DNA of 64,000 bases. Origin: Planctomycetota bacterium. GTDB lineage: Bacteria > Planctomycetota > UBA8108 > UBA1146. Shown in pieces: positions 59,052 through 64,000 of the stretch. The position numbers were made by a program, and so were the translations under genes. Below the pieces are notes generated by a model that was not told the origin of the DNA, did no database searches, and saw nothing but the letters and a program-made list of their open reading frames with translations. The stretch lies in NCBI GenBank assembly GCA_036125855.1, contig JAYZTT010000005.1, positions 179,059-243,058 of the forward strand. Direction: 5' to 3'. How positions within the stretch are numbered: the stretch's first letter is position 1; each line of letters opens with the position of its first letter.

Positions 59052-59306
59052 CTAAGACTGATCCTTGCGATGGAAGCGGTGGCGGAACATTCGTCGAATC
59101 TCGGCACGTGGATATCCCAGATCGCGCCAGCGAAGATAAGCCTTCACCGACTTCACGGTTTGATCGTCATAGAGGTAGCGACCGGTCTCTGTCACCCTGG
59201 CCGGCTCGATGAGACGCATTGTGATGAGGCTCTGGAGCAACTGACGGGAAATCCCGGTGCGCTCCAGTAAGTCCTTTGGCTTGAGGAGGGGCGGCTCAGA
59301 CGACAT
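59052..59306 (-). CDS. Small MerR-type HTH-only DNA-binding protein
   Basis: 84 aa. LKPKDLLERTGISRQLLQSL...GRYLYDD resembles a MerR N-terminal HTH. No effector domain. Confidence 0.5.
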   Translation of the reverse strand: MSSEPPLLKPKDLLERTGISRQLLQSLITMRLIEPARVTETGRYLYDDQTVKSVKAYLRWRDLGYPRAEIRRMFRHRFHRKDQS

Positions 59307-59374
59307 AGGATCAGGCTATCACGGGCTCCCCTTGTGGGAAACGCACGGTATCCTGAGTTCAGGGAGGATTCCTC

Positions 59375-60148
59375 GTGAACCCGAAACGGTGGAACCAGTT
59401 GATTCTGGATGACATCAGTAGCACCCAGGATGAAGGTCGGAGGCTGGTATCCATCGAACCGGGTGTTCGACGGGCCATCCGGGCCCGACGTCAGAGTGCC
59501 GGACGTGGTCGTCTCGGCAATCACTGGCAAAGCCCCGAAGGCGGGCTCTGGTGTACACTCACCGTTCCAGCGCCAGGGGGTCCAGATCCTTTTCACAACC
59601 TGCTGGTCGCACTCGCGACCCGCGATGCAATCGCTTCCCTGGTGCCGGGGCAGGGGCTCGGCCTGGCGCTCAAATGGCCCAATGATCTGATGATCGGCAC
59701 TCGAAAATGGGGTGGGGTGCTGGCCGAAATCGCGGGGTCCCCGGCGTGTCCCGAAATCCTGTTTGGCATCGGGCTCAATCTCGATATCGAAGCCGATACC
59801 CTCAGGGATCATCCGAAAATGCCAGAGAACGCGACCTCAATCCGTGCAGAATTCGGTCGCAGTCCCTCCCCGGAACAAGCGCTGGAAAGTATCCTGACAC
59901 ATCTTGATCGACTCCTCGCGGAAGATCTCACCGAGGGCGGTCGAGAACGGAATCGGCTGAGAATCGCAGAGGTGCTCGATACCATCGGTCGTCAGATTCG
60001 CTGGAAAGGACCGGCGGACAGGATCGGAACCGGTGAGGCAACGGGAATCTCGCCGGAGGGTGCGCTGATCGTTGCAAGGACTTCGCCCGATCCACCGGGG
60101 GAAGAACTGCTTCGTTCGGCGGAGATCTCTCATGTCAGGATCTGCTGA
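59375..60148 (+). CDS. birA: Biotin--[acetyl-CoA-carboxylase] ligase (class I, no N-terminal HTH)
   Basis: GRGRLGNHW biotin-binding loop and KWPNDL motif. Confidence 0.9.
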   Translation: MNPKRWNQLILDDISSTQDEGRRLVSIEPGVRRAIRARRQSAGRGRLGNHWQSPEGGLWCTLTVPAPGGPDPFHNLLVALATRDAIASLVPGQGLGLALKWPNDLMIGTRKWGGVLAEIAGSPACPEILFGIGLNLDIEADTLRDHPKMPENATSIRAEFGRSPSPEQALESILTHLDRLLAEDLTEGGRERNRLRIAEVLDTIGRQIRWKGPADRIGTGEATGISPEGALIVARTSPDPPGEELLRSAEISHVRIC

Positions 60149-60220
60149 CAACTTGCTGGTGTTGAGGCCTGCCTGGCAGCACTGAACTGTTCCTCATCGA
60201 GAGGACTGATCTGGAAGGGC

Positions 60221-61849
60221 ATGATCTTGAGTCACGATGGGACCGGCCCGTCACGCTGGGAAGAAAAATGCTGGAAACCATTTGTCTCGGAGCATCCAGA
60301 ACGCTCCGACGACTTCCGTAGTGCCAGTGGTATCCCCATCGACCCGCTGTACAGTCAAGATCCTCAACAAGCAGGTGCCGGAGAGTTCCCCTTCACCCGT
60401 GGCATTCATCCCAGCATGTACCGCGGCAAACTCTGGACGATGCGCCAGTATGCTGGCTACTCCTCCCCCACCGAGACCAACGAAAGATTTCGCTACTTGC
60501 TGGACCGGGGCCAAACCGGTCTCTCGGTAGCATTTGATCTACCGACTCAAATCGGATTTGACTCCGATGATCCGCAAGCAAGTGGCGAGGTCGGCCGGGT
60601 CGGAGTTCCCATCAGCACGGTCGAGGACCTCGACGAACTGCTTGCTGGGATTCCCATCGAGAAGATCAGCATCTCGATGACGATCAATTCGACAGCTCCA
60701 CTGTTACTGGCTCTGCTGCTAACCCTGGCCAGGAGAAGAGGTGTCGATCCTGCCGCTCTACGAGGTACGGTTCAAAATGACATCCTCAAGGAATTCATCG
60801 CCAGAGGAACTCAACGGTACCCGGTCGATGCGTCACTACGCCTGGTCGTCGATGTCATCGAATATTGCGCCAAAGAAGTTCCTTCCTTCTATCCCATCAG
60901 CATCAGTGGGTACCACATCCGGGAGGCTGGCTCGACGGCGATCCAGGAGGTCGCCTTCACCCTGGCAAATGGCATCGCGTACATGGAAGCTTGTCGCGCC
61001 AGGGGCCTGGATCTGGCCGCTGTAGGCAGAAGGCTTTCCTTCTTCTTCAACGCCCACAATCAATTCATGGAAGAGATCGCCAAGTTCCGCAGCGCCCGTC
61101 GGATGTGGGCACAGATCTGTCGGAACCGTTTCGGGATTGAAGATGATCAAGCGTGCCAGATGAGGTTTCATACCCAGACTGGTGGATCAACCCTGCAGGC
61201 GAAAGAGCCGGCCAACAACATCGTCCGGGTCACGATTCAGGCTCTTGCAGCAATCCTCGGGGGGACCCAATCACTTCATACCAACAGCTGGGATGAGGCA
61301 CTCTCTCTCCCCAGCGAGGAAGCCGCCCGGGTAGCTCTCAGAACCCAGCAAATCATCGCCAGAGAATCCGGTGTCACCGACACCGTGGATCCACTGGGCG
61401 GTTCCCCCTTCCTCGAATCCCTGACCGACCAGATCGAAACCGAGGCCTCAAAGCTAATCGAGGAAATCGATCAGAGGGGAGGAATGCTGAAGGCAATCGA
61501 GGGCGGTTTTATTCGTCGAGCCATCGAACAGAGCGCATACGAGGCACAGATTGCCAGTGATTCAGGTCAGTCTCGCCCGGTCGGAGTCGAAGATGGCAGT
61601 GAAATTCCTGAAGCTCCATTCCGGGTCGATCCTTCCATCGAACAGATCCGCAACGAAAGACTCAAACAATACCGATCCGATCGGGATTCAAAGGCGGTAG
61701 AATCTTCCCTGCTTCGAATCGAGGAGGCCGCCGGTGGAGATGAGAATCTGCTGCCGGTACTCATCGACGCGCTGGAGTCGAAATGCACTCTTGGCGAGGT
61801 TTCAAGTAGACTCGCCGCGGTGTTTGGAGAGTATCAAGATCATGGCTAG
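60221..61849 (+). CDS. Methylmalonyl-CoA mutase family, catalytic (TIM-barrel) subunit
   Basis: TMRQYAGYSSPTETNERFRYLLDRGQTGLSVAFDLPTQ and the rest of the MCM substrate domain. Ends 8 nt into the next gene. Confidence 0.9.
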   Translation: MILSHDGTGPSRWEEKCWKPFVSEHPERSDDFRSASGIPIDPLYSQDPQQAGAGEFPFTRGIHPSMYRGKLWTMRQYAGYSSPTETNERFRYLLDRGQTGLSVAFDLPTQIGFDSDDPQASGEVGRVGVPISTVEDLDELLAGIPIEKISISMTINSTAPLLLALLLTLARRRGVDPAALRGTVQNDILKEFIARGTQRYPVDASLRLVVDVIEYCAKEVPSFYPISISGYHIREAGSTAIQEVAFTLANGIAYMEACRARGLDLAAVGRRLSFFFNAHNQFMEEIAKFRSARRMWAQICRNRFGIEDDQACQMRFHTQTGGSTLQAKEPANNIVRVTIQALAAILGGTQSLHTNSWDEALSLPSEEAARVALRTQQIIARESGVTDTVDPLGGSPFLESLTDQIETEASKLIEEIDQRGGMLKAIEGGFIRRAIEQSAYEAQIASDSGQSRPVGVEDGSEIPEAPFRVDPSIEQIRNERLKQYRSDRDSKAVESSLLRIEEAAGGDENLLPVLIDALESKCTLGEVSSRLAAVFGEYQDHG

Positions 61850-62270
61850 AAGTGGTCCCATCCGAATCCTGCTGGCCAAGCCGGGCCTCGACGGACACGA
61901 TCGAGGGATTCGCCTGGTGCTGCGAGCTCTCCGCGACGCCGGCATGGAAGTGATCTATACCGGCCTGCGAACCACTCCATCGCAGATCGTCAATGCGGCC
62001 ATCGAAGAGGACGTCGACGCCATCGGGCTCTCGAGCCTATCGGGTGCTCACGAAACCCACTTTCTCGAGGTTTCACGCCTTCTTGACGAACAGCAGGCCA
62101 GTGACATCTTGCTCTTTGGCGGCGGAATCATCCCGCAACAGGACGTGGATCGACTGCACGAAGCCGGGTTCCAGTGCATCTATCCTCCGGGCACACCTCT
62201 GGATCAAATCGTGGTCGATCTTCGGACAGCTCTACGACCAGAACAGACCAGCCCAGGAGGATCCCCATGA
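61842..62270 (+). CDS. Methylmalonyl-CoA mutase family, cobalamin-binding subunit
   Basis: DGHDRG (DxHxxG) B12 ligand motif, Rossmann-like fold. ATG overlaps the stop of the catalytic subunit (ATGGCTAG). Confidence 0.9.
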   Translation: MARSGPIRILLAKPGLDGHDRGIRLVLRALRDAGMEVIYTGLRTTPSQIVNAAIEEDVDAIGLSSLSGAHETHFLEVSRLLDEQQASDILLFGGGIIPQQDVDRLHEAGFQCIYPPGTPLDQIVVDLRTALRPEQTSPGGSP

Positions 62271-62713
62271 GCCTTCCTCAACTCGACCACATCGGCATCG
62301 CAGTGAAGTCGATTTCCGGGGCCCTCTCGTTGTACCGGGACACACTGGGAATCGAGTTGGGTGATTCAGAGGAGGTCCCGAGCCAGAAGGTCAAGGTGCA
62401 GTTTCTCGAGACGGGCCAGACTCGTACCGAATTGCTCGAAGCCACCAGTGTTGATTCCCCCATCGCTGAGTTCATTTCCAGGCGTGGCGAAGGCCTGCAC
62501 CACATCGCATATCGGGTCGAAAATCTGCAACAATCGATGAACCAGCTAGCCACAGCAGGGTGTCGCTTGATTTACCCGGACCCTCGCCCGGGAAGTCATG
62601 GAACCCTGATCAATTTCATCCATCCCACTTCGTCGGGGGGCATACTGATCGAACTGGTCGAGTATTCCCACGATTCCCCTGATCATGCATCGGGAGAGGA
62701 GTCAGGCTCTTGA
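62267..62713 (+). CDS. Methylmalonyl-CoA epimerase (VOC/glyoxalase family)
   Basis: LDHIGIAV...H...E metal ligands in paired beta-alpha-beta-beta-beta modules. ATGA overlap with the upstream gene. Confidence 0.85.
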   Translation: MSLPQLDHIGIAVKSISGALSLYRDTLGIELGDSEEVPSQKVKVQFLETGQTRTELLEATSVDSPIAEFISRRGEGLHHIAYRVENLQQSMNQLATAGCRLIYPDPRPGSHGTLINFIHPTSSGGILIELVEYSHDSPDHASGEESGS

Positions 62714-64000
62714 AGGAAAAGAACCGTACCGAGGCGCGTAAGCGTATCGAGGCCGCTCGCCTGGGAGGCGGAGAAGAGCGCATTCAACGACAGCACGATG
62801 CGGGAAAGCTGACCGCCCGCGAACGCATCGAGGTGCTGCTTGACGAGGGCACCTTTCAGGAAATCGACGCTCTGGTTAATCACCGTTGCACCGATTTCGG
62901 GATGGAAGAAAGACGCGTACCGGGTGACGGTGTCGTGACCGGCTGGGGAGAAGTCGACGGCCGTCGCATCTTTCTCTACAGCCAGGATTTCTCGGTGGAA
63001 GGCGGCAGTCTCTCCGCCACCAATGCAGCCAAGATCTGCAAGGTCATGGAGATGGCTCTCAAGGCGGGCACTCCGATGATTGGTCTCAACGATTCTGGAG
63101 GAGCTCGCATTCAGGAGGGAGTCGCCAGCCTCGGTGGTTACGCCGATATCTTTCTGCGTAATACCCTCGCTTCCGGAGTGATTCCGCAATTGAGTGCAAT
63201 CCTCGGGCCCTGCGCTGGCGGGGCAGTATATTCCCCGGCGCTGACCGATTTCATATTCATGGCAGAGGGTACCTCCTACATGTTCGTAACTGGCCCCAAT
63301 GTCGTGAAAACCGTAACCCATGAAGAGGTCACCCAGGAGGAACTCGGTGGAGCATTGACCCATGCCTCCCGCAGTGGCGTCTCTCACTTCCGCTGTCGAG
63401 ACGATCGCCACTGTCTCGAAGAAATCCGAAGGCTGCTCTCCTATCTTCCATCCAACAATCTGGAATCCCCTCCCGAATCTCCCTGTGACGATCCTCCTGA
63501 CCGGGCGGATCCGGAACTCTCCACCATCGTTCCCGAAGGTCGGGAGAAGCCATACGACATGATCGAGATTCTCCGGAGGGTGGTCGACCGCGATTCGATG
63601 ATGGAGGTCCAGCAGGATTTCGCGAAGAACATCATCACCTCATTTGCAAGAATGGATGGAAAGACGGTGGGGATCGTGGCCAACCAACCGGCAGTACTCG
63701 CCGGATGCCTCGATATTCATGCATCTGTCAAGGCAGCACGGTTCGTTCGCTTTCTTGACTGCTTCAATATCCCCATCCTGACCTTTGTCGATGTCCCTGG
63801 TTTCTTGCCGGGAACTGACCAGGAGTGGAATGGGATCATCACCCATGGAGCGAAACTGCTCTATGCCTACTGCGAAGCAACGGTTCCGAAGTTGACCGTG
63901 ATCACCCGCAAGGCCTATGGCGGTGCTTATGACGTCATGTCCTCCAAGCACATCCGAGGCGACTTGAATCTGGCATGGCCTTCAGCAGAAATTGCGGTGA
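62710..64000 (+). CDS. Propionyl-CoA carboxylase beta subunit / methylmalonyl-CoA carboxyltransferase (5' part, runs off the window)
   Basis: TTG start overlapping the epimerase stop (TTGA). Own translation shows [30 protein letters not shown] and HGAKLLYAY, the carboxyltransferase signature. Not in the ORF track because it has no in-window stop. Confidence 0.85.
   Translation, partial: MKEKNRTEARKRIEAARLGGGEERIQRQHDAGKLTARERIEVLLDEGTFQEIDALVNHRCTDFGMEERRVPGDGVVTGWGEVDGRRIFLYSQDFSVEGGSLSATNAAKICKVMEMALKAGTPMIGLNDSGGARIQEGVASLGGYADIFLRNTLASGVIPQLSAILGPCAGGAVYSPALTDFIFMAEGTSYMFVTGPNVVKTVTHEEVTQEELGGALTHASRSGVSHFRCRDDRHCLEEIRRLLSYLPSNNLESPPESPCDDPPDRADPELSTIVPEGREKPYDMIEILRRVVDRDSMMEVQQDFAKNIITSFARMDGKTVGIVANQPAVLAGCLDIHASVKAARFVRFLDCFNIPILTFVDVPGFLPGTDQEWNGIITHGAKLLYAYCEATVPKLTVITRKAYGGAYDVMSSKHIRGDLNLAWPSAEIAV

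Noticed and set aside
60221-62270. The possibility that the two-ORF mutase is a frameshifted pseudogene
   Set aside because: The second ORF begins with its own ATG exactly at the domain boundary and overlaps the upstream stop (ATGGCTAG). All catalytic and B12 motifs are intact, consistent with a natural two-subunit mutase.
1-64000. Mobile elements, prophage, CRISPR, toxin-antitoxin or restriction-modification genes
   Set aside because: I recognised no transposase, integrase, Cas, methyltransferase or phage structural signatures in any frame. No long direct-repeat/spacer array is present either. The window appears to be core genome.

Overview
This is a 64 kb GC-rich (~55-60%) chromosomal segment with dense operon organisation: about 57 protein-coding genes, most tightly packed with 1-14 nt start/stop overlaps. 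The gene content suggests a Planctomycetota (Pirellulales-like) organism, but that assignment is an inference: an alternative complex III (ACIII) + caa3 cytochrome oxidase supercluster, a secreted protein ending in a dockerin-like domain, a lysine/alanine-repeat histone H1-like protein, and many Arg-rich terminal extensions. Both ends of the window cut through genes. I found no rRNA, tRNA, CRISPR array, transposase or integrase; this looks like core genome, not an accessory island.

Gene order along the window:
1. A complete SUF Fe-S assembly operon (Rrf2 regulator, sufBCDS, sufU, sufT) on the minus strand, divergent from ctaB (heme o synthase) coupled to a DUF3179-like gene.
2. A 17 kb single-strand respiratory array: ctaA, actABCDEF, a small one-helix ORF, sco1, coxII, coxI, coxIII, coxIV and a second coxIII paralog.
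3. An ~820 aa secreted protein with an internal tandem domain duplication and a dockerin-like C-terminus, followed by a clear intrinsic terminator.
4. A MATE efflux gene, a small coiled-coil protein, aroB, a membrane protein, lpxB, a glutamine amidotransferase and folC.
5. A mcsA-mcsB-clpC arginine-kinase/protease module with no recognisable ctsR.
6. A DUF2064 gene, then a 537 nt ORF-poor, highly structured region upstream of nusA-infB-rbfA where rimP would normally sit.
7. A GGDEF gene divergent from an orphan xdhC, the histone H1-like fusion protein, and yebC.
8. A small hypothetical gene divergent from bamA, then a MutS2 that has a KOW domain but no Smr domain.
9. A module of a 442 aa hypothetical, a HEAT-like/VWA protein and an FHA protein.
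10. A thioesterase, an HTH-only MerR-like gene, then birA next to a split methylmalonyl-CoA mutase, an epimerase and a partial carboxyltransferase.

No obvious self-contained novel system such as a defence island stands out. The most intriguing items are the structured non-coding region upstream of nusA, the histone H1-like fusion protein, the Smr-less MutS2, unannotated small and paralogous subunits in the ACIII-caa3 cluster, and the FHA/VWA/hypothetical module.
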